Source of the DNA: an uncultured candidatus Porisulfidus sp.
GTDB lineage: Bacteria; Pseudomonadota; Gammaproteobacteria; Poriferisulfidales; Oxydemutatoraceae
Direction: 5' to 3'
NCBI GenBank assembly: GCA_965215125.1
Contig: OZ244052.1
Span: 640,001-704,000, forward strand
DNA: 64,000 bases
Part shown: positions 31,873 to 42,095 of the stretch, piece by piece
How the letters are laid out: every line of letters begins with the position of its first letter
Numbering within the stretch: position 1 is the first letter of the stretch
Translations under genes and position numbers: made by a program
The notes under the pieces: model-generated
What the model was told of the DNA's origin: nothing
The model's input: the letters and a program-made list of their open reading frames with translations, nothing else
Databases searched by the model: none

Positions 31873-32214
31873 ATGCCGATTTACGAATATATTTGCGAGT
31901 CTTGCGGTGAAAGTTTGGAGGTATTGCAACAAATATCGGACCAACCTCTGCGCAAATGTCCTGCGTGCCACAAAGACACATTAAAAAAACTTGTCTCGGC
32001 AGCAAGTTTTAGGTTGGCAGGTCAAGGTTGGTACGAAACCGATTTCAAAACTAAAAATCAACGTAATTTAGCAAAAACTCAAGAACCCAAGGCTGATACG
32101 AGCAAAGCCAAAGAGACCTCTAAAAAGACCGACGACACACCGAATAAAACCGCGAATGCCAAGAATAGCACGCCTAAACCACAAACCACTCAGTCGGCTA
32201 AGACCTCAACCTAA
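31873..32214 (+). CDS. FmdB-family zinc ribbon protein
   Basis: MPIYEYICESCG...CPAC...FRLAGQGWYETDF; usual position upstream of aspS. Confidence 0.92.
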   Translation: MPIYEYICESCGESLEVLQQISDQPLRKCPACHKDTLKKLVSAASFRLAGQGWYETDFKTKNQRNLAKTQEPKADTSKAKETSKKTDDTPNKTANAKNSTPKPQTTQSAKTST

Positions 32215-32230
32215 AGCGATTCAATTAACG

Positions 32231-34006
32231 ATGCGAAGTCATTATTGCGGAGAAATTGACCAACATTCAATCGGTGAAGAAATCAGTGTTTGCGGCTGGG
32301 TCAACCGTCGCCGTGATCACGGTGGCGTTATATTTATAGATTTACGCGACCGCGAGGGCATATTGCAATTAGTTGCCGACCCCTCTAATTCCGAAGTATT
32401 TGCGATTGCCGAAAAAGTGCGCAACGAGTTCGTGTTACAAGCAAAGGGGGTGTTGCGAGCACGCCCCGAAGAAACCGAGAACCCCGACCTCAAAAGCGGA
32501 AAGGTTGAGTTGCTATGCGAGTCTTTGACTATTCTAAACGAAGCCGATACACCGCCGTTTCAGCTAGAAGACCGGGATGTCAACGACGAAATACGCTTGC
32601 GCTATCGTTATGTGGACTTGCGACGCCCGCAAATGCTTGCAAATTTGAAAATGCGCGCCGAGATTTTGAAAACACTGCGGGTATTTTTAGACCGACACGG
32701 CTTTATAGAAATTGAGACACCAATGCTAACGCGTGCCACACCCGAAGGTGCGCGCGATTATTTGGTTCCGAGTCGCGTCCATCCTAAGAGTTTTTATGCG
32801 CTACCGCAATCTCCTCAATTATTCAAGCAGTTATTGATGATGGGCGGTTTAGACCGCTATTACCAGATGCCTCGTTGTTTTCGCGACGAGGACTTGCGCG
32901 CCGACCGCCAGCCCGAATTCAGCCAGCTTGATATAGAAACTTCCTTCATGGATGAAACCTCTATTATTGAATTGATAGAGCAGATGCTAAAAGACCTATA
33001 CCGTTGTGTGCTGAATGTAGAACTAGCCGATTTTCCGCGCATGTCTTATGCCGACGCAATGGCGCGCTACGGTTGCGACCGCCCTGATCTGCGTATTTCG
33101 TTGGAACTCAGTGAGTTGACGGATTTGATGCGTGGCGTAGAATTCAAAGTGTTCTCCAAACCTGCCGAGGATCAAGCAGGACGGGTTGCGGCGTTAAAAA
33201 TCCCGCAGGGGACTCGCCTAAGCCGCAAAGAAATAGACGATTACACCGAGTATGTCGCACGCTTCGGTGCCAAAGGACTCGCTTATATTAAATGTGAGTC
33301 CATCGCATCGGGCAGAGAAGGCTTGCAATCTCCTATATTGAAATTTCTTTCCGACGAGGTGATTGCGCAAATCATCGAACGAACACAAGCTCACGATGGA
33401 GATTTGATATTCTTCGGTGCCGGGCATAAAAACATAGTCAACGACTCATTGGCTGCGCTGCGCGTGCAGATTGCCCACGACCTTGACCTCGTAGCTAAAG
33501 AACCTAAATGGAAACCGCTATGGATTATTGATTTTCCGATGTTTGAATACAACTATCAGGCTAAACGATGGGACTCTGTGCACCATCCTTTCACTGCCCC
33601 GGCGACGAACTCGGACAGCTTGCCGGAAAACCCCGGCGATTGCTTATCGCGTGCTTACGATGTAGTGATAAACGGCATAGAATTAGGTGGAGGTTCTATA
33701 CGCATACACGAACAATCGACACAGCGCAAAGTGTTGAAGGTTTTGGGCATTGACGAAGCCGAAGCCGAAGAGAAATTCGGCTTTTTCCTGCAAGCACTAA
33801 ACTACGGCTGCCCACCGCACGGCGGCATCGCTTTCGGCTTGGATCGTATTGCGATGCTGATGAGCGATAGCACCTCAATCCGTGATGTGATTGCGTTCCC
33901 CAAAACCCAAAGTGCATCGTGTCCGTTGACCGATGCGCCTACTTCGGTTAGCGAGACCCAATTAAAAGAACTGCATCTAAAACTCAACAATAGAATCGCC
34001 GATTGA
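32231..34006 (+). CDS. aspS: Aspartate--tRNA ligase
   Basis: MRSHYCG, RRRDHGGVIFIDLRD, TPEGARDY, FRDEDLRADRQPEF, HHPFT, GGSIRIH, PPHGGIAFGLDR. Confidence 0.98.
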   Translation: MRSHYCGEIDQHSIGEEISVCGWVNRRRDHGGVIFIDLRDREGILQLVADPSNSEVFAIAEKVRNEFVLQAKGVLRARPEETENPDLKSGKVELLCESLTILNEADTPPFQLEDRDVNDEIRLRYRYVDLRRPQMLANLKMRAEILKTLRVFLDRHGFIEIETPMLTRATPEGARDYLVPSRVHPKSFYALPQSPQLFKQLLMMGGLDRYYQMPRCFRDEDLRADRQPEFSQLDIETSFMDETSIIELIEQMLKDLYRCVLNVELADFPRMSYADAMARYGCDRPDLRISLELSELTDLMRGVEFKVFSKPAEDQAGRVAALKIPQGTRLSRKEIDDYTEYVARFGAKGLAYIKCESIASGREGLQSPILKFLSDEVIAQIIERTQAHDGDLIFFGAGHKNIVNDSLAALRVQIAHDLDLVAKEPKWKPLWIIDFPMFEYNYQAKRWDSVHHPFTAPATNSDSLPENPGDCLSRAYDVVINGIELGGGSIRIHEQSTQRKVLKVLGIDEAEAEEKFGFFLQALNYGCPPHGGIAFGLDRIAMLMSDSTSIRDVIAFPKTQSASCPLTDAPTSVSETQLKELHLKLNNRIAD

Positions 34007-34051
34007 GCCGGTAGGTCAATCGGCGTGACCTTGTGCAGAACCTTAACATAC
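33991..34051 (+). repeat. Palindromic repeat family 1 copy overlapping the aspS 3' end
   Basis: TAGAATCGCCGATTGAGCCGGTAGGTCAATCGGCGTGACCTTGTGCAGAACC. Confidence 0.92.
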
Positions 34052-34063
34052 TGGGTTCGGTAT

Positions 34064-34918
34064 TTATGGCTTATAAGATGCAAAACCGTGAAGCCTGCCG
34101 ATGATTGATACGGTATAACGCAGTGCCTGTCGTCCTTGCAGTCGTAGAACCTCTATCAAAATTCCTGCTACCGGCTTTGATAATGCGAGTGCCAAATTTT
34201 TAAGTGCCCACGCCGGTTTAATGCGTAGATGCTTTCGCAACATTGCGCCGCGCCCCATGCCGTAAAGATAATGCTTGCGTATCCAAGCATGCAACGACAT
34301 TCCTTCCGGCTTTAGACTCGGATGCAATACTTCGTAGCGTGGCTGATACAGTAACTTTCCGCCATGTTGGAGTATACGCAAAACCAAATCGGTTTCTTCA
34401 CTGCTACCATAACGTGTACCGGCACCCAGATGTTCGTCCAATAAACCAACCTCGGATAAGGTCGTCCGCTTAATTGCCATTGCAGACGCCAAACAGCAAT
34501 CGTAGTTTCTAAAATTTACAACCTCGGGTTCCGGACCGGAATAACGAGAATAGGACTTACCGTCTTCCATATTAAGGCAAATGCCACAAATTGCATCGTA
34601 CTCCGGATGATTGTCGGTAATACCATCTAGAGTCTTTAAGGCATCTACCTTAAAACGCACATCAACATCAACCCATACGATATAATCTCCACTCGCATTT
34701 TTGAATGCTAGATTACGCGAACGAGAGAGACCAATGCCTTCCATGCGCAACCATCGGCAAGGACCACGCGATACCTCTATAGGTGCTTCTTTGTTATCCG
34801 ATTGATCGACGATGAGCGTCTCAAAAGGCTTTGCATAACTTTGCCGTTCTATCGTTTGTAGCAAGCCGATCAACTCGGAACGGTTATTTCGTATCGGAAT
34901 AACAACGGAAAATTTCAT
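34064..34918 (-). CDS. Glycosyltransferase family 2
   Basis: MKFSVVIP, LIVDQS, GLSRSRN, WVDVD (DxD), LLDEHLGAG..GSSEETDL. Confidence 0.9.
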   Translation of the reverse strand: MKFSVVIPIRNNRSELIGLLQTIERQSYAKPFETLIVDQSDNKEAPIEVSRGPCRWLRMEGIGLSRSRNLAFKNASGDYIVWVDVDVRFKVDALKTLDGITDNHPEYDAICGICLNMEDGKSYSRYSGPEPEVVNFRNYDCCLASAMAIKRTTLSEVGLLDEHLGAGTRYGSSEETDLVLRILQHGGKLLYQPRYEVLHPSLKPEGMSLHAWIRKHYLYGMGRGAMLRKHLRIKPAWALKNLALALSKPVAGILIEVLRLQGRQALRYTVSIIGRLHGFASYKP

Positions 34919-35028
34919 AATTAAGATATCGTTATTTTCGCTTTATATATCCAACTCGGAAGCATAGACGCTTATAATACATTACCCAAATAAGGAAATT
35001 AAAAATAAAACTGCAATTAAATATGCAT

Positions 35029-35475
35029 ATGTCCGAAAAAGACCGACACTATAAACGCCCCGAATCGGTACTTGTCGTAGTCTATACACGCAGTAACGAG
35101 ATTTTGGCACTGAGACGCAAACAACCGAATTATTTTTGGCAATCGGTCGCCGGCAGTTTAGAATGGGGCGAGACACCGGAACAGGCTGCGCAACGAGAAC
35201 TCTATGAAGAAGTTGGATTGTCCGATACAAGTCTATTGGTCAACCGGCATAGCTATAATGAATTTTTGATTTACCCTATGTGGCGACACCGATATGCACC
35301 GGGCATCATTTCCAATAAAGAGCACCTATTCAGCCTAAAACTAGAGGTGCCGTGTCGTGTCGTGCTGGATCCGAGAGAACACAGCGAATATCGCTGGCTC
35401 TCTTTATCGCAAGCCATAACACAGATTAGTTCGCATACCAATCGTGGCGCAATCGCACACTTATTAGCCGACTAG
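35029..35475 (+). CDS. nudB: Dihydroneopterin triphosphate diphosphatase (Nudix)
   Basis: YKRPESVLVV, FWQSVAGSLE...AAQRELYEEVG, WRHRYAPG, EH..YRWL; aspS-nudB-yebC synteny. Confidence 0.93.
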   Translation: MSEKDRHYKRPESVLVVVYTRSNEILALRRKQPNYFWQSVAGSLEWGETPEQAAQRELYEEVGLSDTSLLVNRHSYNEFLIYPMWRHRYAPGIISNKEHLFSLKLEVPCRVVLDPREHSEYRWLSLSQAITQISSHTNRGAIAHLLAD

Positions 35476-35520
35476 CCTACAATTAGTTTAGAATAGACCG
35501 CAATAACAGAGGAGTAATCA

Positions 35521-36267
35521 ATGGCAGGGCATAGCAAATGGGCAAATATACAACACCGGAAAAAAGCACAAGATGCCAAACGAGGTAAATTATTCACTCG
35601 TCTGATCCGTGAAATCACCGTAGCTGCGCGCATAGGAGACGCAAACCCGGAAAGCAACCCTAGATTGCGTCTTGCGATAGATAAAGCTCTTGCCGCAAAT
35701 ATGCCGAAAGACAGCATTGCGCGTGCCGTCAAGCGTGGTAGCGGAGAAATAGAAGGGGCAGTCTACGAAAATATCAGTTACGAGGGTTACGGCCCCGGTG
35801 GGGTTGCCGTATTGGTAGAATGTACCACCGATAATAAGAACCGAAGTGTGTCCGAAGTACGACACGCTTTTACCCGATTCGGCGGTAATTTAGGAACTTC
35901 GGGATCGGTTTCCTATTTATTCAAGCAATGCGGGGTATTAAGCTATCCTCCCGGTGCCGACGAAGAAGCGATTCTAGACGCGGCGACACGAGCCGGCGCA
36001 GAAGATATAGAGAGCGAGGATAATATAGAAGTTTTGACTAATCCTGAAAACCTGCTACAACTTAAGCAAGCAATGGCAAACTCAGGCATGGAGCCGGACT
36101 CTGCCGAGATAGAAATGCGTCCTACGAATTTAGTGCCGTTGGACGAAAACGATAGTAGTAAATTACTGCGTCTTTTGGAAACACTGGAAGACTGCGACGA
36201 TGTACAGAATATCTATTGCAATGCGAGTTTTGCAGATTCGGTCGTGAACCGAGAAGCGAAGCAATGA
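35521..36267 (+). CDS. yebC: YebC/PmpR family protein
   Basis: MAGHSKWANIQHRK, YEGYGPGG, TDNKNR, DDVQNIY. Confidence 0.97.
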   Translation: MAGHSKWANIQHRKKAQDAKRGKLFTRLIREITVAARIGDANPESNPRLRLAIDKALAANMPKDSIARAVKRGSGEIEGAVYENISYEGYGPGGVAVLVECTTDNKNRSVSEVRHAFTRFGGNLGTSGSVSYLFKQCGVLSYPPGADEEAILDAATRAGAEDIESEDNIEVLTNPENLLQLKQAMANSGMEPDSAEIEMRPTNLVPLDENDSSKLLRLLETLEDCDDVQNIYCNASFADSVVNREAKQ

Positions 36268-36761
36268 TGCAGCGTATTTTAGGTATAGATCCCGGTTCGC
36301 TATCCACCGGTTATTCGGTTATAGAAAGCGACGGGCGTACAAACCGTTATATTGCCAGCGGTCAAATTAATACCGCCTCGCTAAATTCCATGGAACGGCT
36401 GGCTATGATCTACGACGGTGTCGCCGACATTATAGAGACTTATCAACCTTCGATGATGATAGTAGAAAAGGTATTCATGTCAAAAAATGCCGACTCGGCA
36501 CTCAAATTAGGACAAGCGCGCGGCGTTGCGATTTGCGCCGGTGTCAAAGCAGGACTTGCGGTGCATGAATACAGTGCGCGTTTCGTTAAAAAGACCATCA
36601 CCGGCAACGGTGCTGCCGATAAAAGGCAAGTCAAATACATGGCGTGCCGGCTACTCAGCATAGCTGAACGAGATCAAAACGACGAAAGCGATGCACTTGC
36701 GATTGCTTTATGCCATGCTTTTGCGACACCATCCGACAGAATACCTAAATTACGCCAGTGA
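36264..36761 (+). CDS. ruvC: Holliday junction resolvase RuvC
   Basis: ILGIDPGS, EKVF, KLGQARG, DESDALAIA. Confidence 0.97.
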   Translation: MMQRILGIDPGSLSTGYSVIESDGRTNRYIASGQINTASLNSMERLAMIYDGVADIIETYQPSMMIVEKVFMSKNADSALKLGQARGVAICAGVKAGLAVHEYSARFVKKTITGNGAADKRQVKYMACRLLSIAERDQNDESDALAIALCHAFATPSDRIPKLRQ

Positions 36762-37345
36762 TTGCTCGGCTAAGCGGTGAACTTATTCTAAAATCACCAC
36801 CCTATTTATTGATTGAAGTGGGTGGCCTCACTTACGAACTACAAGCACCGATGTCGACTTTCTACAAACTTCCCGAGGTCGGCACGCCGGTTGTCGTATT
36901 AACCCATCTGATTGTGCGCGAAGATGCACACACCCTATATGCCTTTATCAACGAATACGATAAAGCCTTGTTCAAAGAATTGCTCAAGGTGCGCGGTGTC
37001 GGTGCTAAAATGGCACTGGCAATTTTATCCAGCATGGAAGAGGATATATTCAGACAATCTATAGAAAACGAAGATGTGGGCGCATTGTCCGATTTACCGG
37101 GGATAGGTGTAAAAACGGCACAACGATTGATCGTCGAGATGAAGGACCGCTTTAAGGACGAGTTTTGGCAAAGTTCCGCTACAGTCGATGCCGACTCCCA
37201 CAGCGACCAATCACAAGCTGCATCCGGAGCTTTAATCGCACTCGGCTACAAGTCCGGCGAAGCAAAAAGCCTGATTAAAAAGGTGGATACCAAAGGCAAA
37301 ACGGTGGAAGAGATTATTCGCGAAGCACTACGATTAAAAGCCTAA
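36758..37345 (+). CDS. ruvA: Holliday junction branch migration protein RuvA
   Basis: MIARLSG, HLIVREDA, VRGVGAKMAL, PGIGVKTAQR, ALIALGY; GTG start. Confidence 0.97.
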   Translation: MIARLSGELILKSPPYLLIEVGGLTYELQAPMSTFYKLPEVGTPVVVLTHLIVREDAHTLYAFINEYDKALFKELLKVRGVGAKMALAILSSMEEDIFRQSIENEDVGALSDLPGIGVKTAQRLIVEMKDRFKDEFWQSSATVDADSHSDQSQAASGALIALGYKSGEAKSLIKKVDTKGKTVEEIIREALRLKA

Positions 37346-37366
37346 ATGGGACAATACACTTAAACG

Positions 37367-38416
37367 ATGGATAAAGAAACGAACAACCCGTTATTGAGCG
37401 GCGACCCGATAGCCGAAGAAAAACAAATTGACGACGATGTGCGTCCTCGTCGATTAAAAGATTATATAGGACAATCCTCGGTCAAAGAACAGATGGATAT
37501 ATTTATCTCGGCGGCTAAAGAACGAGGCGAAGCACTAGACCATGTATTAATCTTCGGACCTCCCGGTTTGGGCAAAACAACGCTCGCGCATATTATCGCC
37601 AACGAAATGGATGTCAAAATTCGACAAACCGCCGGCCCCATTTTAGAAAGAGCCGGCGACCTCGCCGCCCTATTGACCAATTTAGAACCCAAAGAGGTAT
37701 TATTTATAGACGAGATTCACCGCCTCAATCCCGCTATAGAAGAGATACTCTATCCTGCAATGGAGGACTTTCAGTTGGATATCGTTATCGGCGAAGGTCC
37801 GGCAGCACGCTCGATCAAACTTGAGTTGCCACCGTTTACCTTAGTCGGAGCAACAACACGCGCCGGTTTGCTCACTTCGCCTTTGCGAGACCGCTTCGGC
37901 ATAACCCAGCGGCTGGACTTTTACCAAAACGAAGAACTCGCACAAATCGTAAAACGCAGTGCGAATATACTTAATGTGTCCATAGACAAAGCAGGCACGT
38001 TTGAAATTGCTCGCCGTTCACGCGGCACGCCGCGTATCGCCAATCGCTTGCTTCGTAGGGTACGCGATTATGCGCAAGTCAAAGCCGACGGAGTCATTGA
38101 TCAACCAATTGCCGATAAGGCACTTGATATGCTCAATGTGGACACACACGGTTTTGACTCCATGGACCGAAAACTACTAGAGACAATTATAGAAAAATTC
38201 TCGGGAGGTCCGGTCGGCATAGACAGCTTAGCCGCAGCGATTAGCGAAGAACGCGGCACCGTCGAAGATGTGATAGAACCCTTTTTAATACAAAGTGGAT
38301 TTTTAATCCGCACCGCACGCGGACGGTTGGCAACCCAATCCGCATACCGACATCTAGGCTATCAAGTGCCTCCCTCCACACCGCAAGCCGAAACCTCCAA
38401 CCAAAGCCTGTTTTGA
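37367..38416 (+). CDS. ruvB: Holliday junction DNA helicase RuvB
   Basis: [33 protein letters not shown]. Confidence 0.98.
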   Translation: MDKETNNPLLSGDPIAEEKQIDDDVRPRRLKDYIGQSSVKEQMDIFISAAKERGEALDHVLIFGPPGLGKTTLAHIIANEMDVKIRQTAGPILERAGDLAALLTNLEPKEVLFIDEIHRLNPAIEEILYPAMEDFQLDIVIGEGPAARSIKLELPPFTLVGATTRAGLLTSPLRDRFGITQRLDFYQNEELAQIVKRSANILNVSIDKAGTFEIARRSRGTPRIANRLLRRVRDYAQVKADGVIDQPIADKALDMLNVDTHGFDSMDRKLLETIIEKFSGGPVGIDSLAAAISEERGTVEDVIEPFLIQSGFLIRTARGRLATQSAYRHLGYQVPPSTPQAETSNQSLF

Positions 38417-38637
38417 TCTTTTGGGTAAATCTCAAACTCGTATTGACCTTACCCGCTTGTGCATTTAGGGTGGTTTGTAGCGACTACACTAACTCCCAAT
38501 TCGGACAATGCCACATTGTTAATCATGCAGAATAGGGTATTATAGGCAGTTGGAGTACCTATAATTTAAGTTTATTTAGATGTCTAGCCCGTGATATTTG
38601 GTATTAATATCTGTCAAACTTTATGGAGAATTAAGAA

Positions 38638-39321
38638 ATGCAATCTGAAATTGGCTTCCTTTCGTTAATTAGCGATGCAACCTTTATCGTGCAACTGGTT
38701 TTGCTCGTGTTGATCATAGCTTCCGTTTTGAGTTGGAGTGCAATTATCGCAAAGTGGCGTGAGTTTCGACATATCAGAAAACAAGCCAATCAATTTGAGG
38801 AACGTTTTTGGTCGGGTATGGAGTTGAGCGAGCTTTACAAAGAGATCGACGTTCAGGAACAAAGCGGCATGGCAAAAATATTTCACACCGGGTTTGACGA
38901 ATATATACGCTTGCACAAGCAGGGATCACTATCGCCGCTTGCAATCGCGGATACTGCGGTGCGTTCCATGAAAGTTGCATTATCTAGGGAAGTTGATGGG
39001 TGGAATAAGCACTTAAACTTTCTATCCGTGGTGGCTTCTACCTCGCCGTATGTAGGTTTATTCGGTACTGTTTGGGGTATCATGCATGCCTTTCTCGCAT
39101 TGCAAGACGTGCAACAAGCAACGCTTTCTTTGGTTGCGCCGGGGATTGCCGAAGCCTTAGTGGCAACCGCATTAGGTTTATTTGCAGCAATTCCCGCAGT
39201 AGTTGCATACAATCGTTTCAGCGAGCATAGCAATTTATTGATCTCGCGTTACGATAATTTTATAGAAGAGTTTACCGCGATATTACATCGTCAGGTCTTA
39301 CATACAAACACTTCGGAATGA
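38638..39321 (+). CDS. tolQ: Tol system protein TolQ
   Basis: SPYVGLFGTVWGIM, VAPGIAEALVATALGLFAAIPAV. Confidence 0.95.
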   Translation: MQSEIGFLSLISDATFIVQLVLLVLIIASVLSWSAIIAKWREFRHIRKQANQFEERFWSGMELSELYKEIDVQEQSGMAKIFHTGFDEYIRLHKQGSLSPLAIADTAVRSMKVALSREVDGWNKHLNFLSVVASTSPYVGLFGTVWGIMHAFLALQDVQQATLSLVAPGIAEALVATALGLFAAIPAVVAYNRFSEHSNLLISRYDNFIEEFTAILHRQVLHTNTSE

Positions 39322-39325
39322 TGCT

Positions 39326-39751
39326 ATGAGGATATTAGCTCGCAACAAAGCGATTGCGGAGATTAATGTTGTTCCGTATATAGATGTCATGCTGGTGTTG
39401 CTGATCATCTTTATGGTTACGGTGCCGTTGATACAACAAGGTGTGGAAATAGAATTACCCGAAAGCAATAGCGAAACGCTTTCGCAAGATAGCGAACAGG
39501 AACCGTTGATTATTACCGTTGATAAAGTCGGTAATTTTTTTATCAATCAGGGCAATCGCGCAAATCAAGCCCTGCAAGAGGAAATTTTGATTAAGGAAGC
39601 CGCCATATTACTTGAACAAAATCGGCATGACACAATCTATGTGCGCGGCGATCGTAATGCACCGTATAGATACGTAATGCAGGCAATGGTTGCATTGCAG
39701 AAAGCGGGAACCGAAAAAATAGGTTTGGTCACCCAACCTCCTGCCGAGTAA
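39326..39751 (+). CDS. tolR: Tol system protein TolR
   Basis: AEINVVPYIDVMLVLLIIFMVT, VRGD, IGLVT. Confidence 0.95.
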   Translation: MRILARNKAIAEINVVPYIDVMLVLLIIFMVTVPLIQQGVEIELPESNSETLSQDSEQEPLIITVDKVGNFFINQGNRANQALQEEILIKEAAILLEQNRHDTIYVRGDRNAPYRYVMQAMVALQKAGTEKIGLVTQPPAE

Positions 39752-39756
39752 CTACG

Positions 39757-40791
39757 ATGCGCAAGCAGCGCGGTCTATATTTAAGTTCTACGGTTTTTTC
39801 CGTACTACTACATCTTATATTTTTTTTCACGGTTGCAATTTCCTTGAAAACCTGTGCCGGACCTATTTCTTTGGCAAAACAATCACCGCCACCGCCGATG
39901 GAATCCATAGAAGCGGAAGTCATCACACAGGAGGAGGTGAATACCTACTACGAACAAAAACAACAAAAAGCACTGGCGGAAGAACGCGCACTACAACTTG
40001 AAAAAAAGCGACAAGAACAGGTACAACGCCTAGCCGAAGAGAGAAAAAAAGCAGAATTGTTAAGGCAAAAGAAACTACAAGAAGAAAAGAAAAAACAGGA
40101 AGAGGCTCGACTGGAACAACTGCGTATAGAAGAGAAAGAAAAGCAGCAACAAGCCGAATTAAGACGTAAGGAGGAAGCGGAGCGGGAACGCATGGAACGA
40201 GAACGTCTAGCCGAAGAGAAAAGGAAACAACTGGAGGAGGAACAAAGACGCATAGCGGAGGAGAAAAAAAGACAACTGGAGGAGGAACAAAGACGCATAG
40301 CGGAGGAGAAAAAAAGACAACTGGAGGAGGAACAAAGACGCATAGCGGAGGAGAAAAAAAGACAACTGGAGGAGGAACAAAGACGCATAGCGGAGGAGAA
40401 AAAACGCCTAGAGGAAGAGAAAAAAAGACAACTGGAAGAAGAGCAACGTCGTTTGGCCGAGCATAGAAAAAAAGAAGAAGCGGAACGATTAAAAATGCGT
40501 AAGAACCAAATTGCAATTTGGCAACGGCAATACGAACAGATGATTCGCAGTAGCGTGGAGCAGCATTGGAAAAAACCCCCCACCAGTGTTGAAGGTGGTG
40601 AATGTGTACTTAAGATACGCCAAAATGAAACGGGCGCAATACTGAATGTCAACTTCTTACGCTGCGAGGGCGATAAATTATTCGTACGCTCGGTTGAAGC
40701 AGCGGTATGGAAAGCCGACCCGCTTCCGACAGCACCTTCCCCGGAAGTATTTGACTCGGAAATTGAATTTACCTTTAAGAGGGATTATTGA
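39757..40791 (+). CDS. tolA: Cell envelope integrity protein TolA
   Basis: TM helix with SxxLH motif, long E/K/R-rich helix, TonB-C-like C-terminal domain; lies between tolR and tolB. Confidence 0.9.
   Translation: MRKQRGLYLSSTVFSVLLHLIFFFTVAISLKTCAGPISLAKQSPPPPMESIEAEVITQEEVNTYYEQKQQKALAEERALQLEKKRQEQVQRLAEERKKAELLRQKKLQEEKKKQEEARLEQLRIEEKEKQQQAELRRKEEAERERMERERLAEEKRKQLEEEQRRIAEEKKRQLEEEQRRIAEEKKRQLEEEQRRIAEEKKRQLEEEQRRIAEEKKRLEEEKKRQLEEEQRRLAEHRKKEEAERLKMRKNQIAIWQRQYEQMIRSSVEQHWKKPPTSVEGGECVLKIRQNETGAILNVNFLRCEGDKLFVRSVEAAVWKADPLPTAPSPEVFDSEIEFTFKRDY
40228..40404 (+). repeat. 45-bp tandem repeat inside tolA (3 full identical units plus a 42-bp unit)
   Basis: CAACTGGAGGAGGAACAAAGACGCATAGCGGAGGAGAAAAAAAGA at 40228, 40273, 40318 and 40363; encodes QLEEEQRRIAEEKKR. 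Confidence 0.95.
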
Positions 40792-42071
40792 TTATGCGTA
40801 TACTACATAGGATAACGAGCTTATCCATATTGTTCTTCGTCTTTGCAACCGCGCAAGCCGAATTGAAAATAGAAATCACCGAAGGCGTAGTCGGTGGGGT
40901 TCCGATTACGGTACTGCCGTTTACGGGAGAACCTCAAGACGTGCCTCGCAACTACAGTCAAATTATCGCATCCGATCTAGCATACAGCGGTTTATTCAGT
41001 ATCTTGGACGCGCAGAACTTCTCCCAGCTAGCCCAACCCAACGATACAACCGACTACGAGGCTTGGTTGACAAACGGTGCCGAAAAAATAGTATCGGGCA
41101 CCGTGGACGGCGATGCTCTGATTGTTCGCCTAGACGACGCAGTCAAAGCAACCAAATCAAAAGAATGGAAATTCAACCTTGAAGATAATCTAATCAAAAC
41201 CGTTGCACATTACGCAAGTGATTTAATCTATGAGGAAATTGCCGGTGTAGCAGGAATTTTCAGCACCCGGCTAGCATTTATCAGTTCGGAGAGACTGGGT
41301 CCCAAAGCACGAAGATTTCACCTGAACATAGCGGACGCCGATGGACAAAACGTCTCCGCCATTTATTCGTCGGATACGACACTAATGTCGCCGACGTGGT
41401 CGCCCGATTACAAAAACCTTGCTTATGTCTCTTACGAGAACAACGAACCACAGATATTTACACAAATATTGAGCAGTGGTGCGCGTAGGAATCTATCCGA
41501 AATAATAGGTCCTGCCAATGCGCCTGCTTGGTCCGACGATAACAATCAATTAAGTTTTGTCGCTTCACGCAACGACAACTCGGATATTTATATCTACCGC
41601 TTCGACACCCAAAGGGTTATACGGGTGACCCAAAGCCTGGCAATAGATACAGAACCTGCTTGGATGGGTAACGATGCTTTGATCTTCACCTCGGACCGCG
41701 GTGGCACACCGCAACTGTATCAAGCATCACTCGCGTACGGAAATATCACGCGCCTAAGTTTTGAGGGGAACTACAACGCCGATGCCGATGTCTCGCCCGA
41801 TAGCACCAAGCTCGCTTATATCGGCGAACGCGGTGCCGGGTTTTCCGTAGTCATACGCGATCTAAGCGACAATAGCGAGCTTGCTTTAAGTTTCGGCAAT
41901 CTAGACGAAAGACCTCGCTTTGCACCCAACGGACATCTATTGAGCTATATCACAACCCAGCACGGTCAGTCTGCACTCGGATTGCTAACCATAGACGGTG
42001 CCTTAGGAAAACTAATACCGGTAGAAGCCGATAATATCAGAGGAATTGCATGGTCACCGCTCGTGCGATAA
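40788..42071 (+). CDS. tolB: Tol system beta-propeller protein TolB
   Basis: Signal peptide then AELKIEITEG; IIASDLAYSGLF, GIFSTRLAF, PD40-type repeats (SPTWSPD, FTSDRGGTPQLY). Confidence 0.93.
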   Translation: MIMRILHRITSLSILFFVFATAQAELKIEITEGVVGGVPITVLPFTGEPQDVPRNYSQIIASDLAYSGLFSILDAQNFSQLAQPNDTTDYEAWLTNGAEKIVSGTVDGDALIVRLDDAVKATKSKEWKFNLEDNLIKTVAHYASDLIYEEIAGVAGIFSTRLAFISSERLGPKARRFHLNIADADGQNVSAIYSSDTTLMSPTWSPDYKNLAYVSYENNEPQIFTQILSSGARRNLSEIIGPANAPAWSDDNNQLSFVASRNDNSDIYIYRFDTQRVIRVTQSLAIDTEPAWMGNDALIFTSDRGGTPQLYQASLAYGNITRLSFEGNYNADADVSPDSTKLAYIGERGAGFSVVIRDLSDNSELALSFGNLDERPRFAPNGHLLSYITTQHGQSALGLLTIDGALGKLIPVEADNIRGIAWSPLVR

Positions 42072-42095
42072 CAGTCTTACCAGAAAATATCAAAA

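Noticed and set aside
39923-40652. Minus-strand ORFs of 197 and 234 aa with repeated VFFSPPLCVFVPPP / SSSSCLFF
   Set aside because: Antisense readings of the purine-rich tolA repeat.
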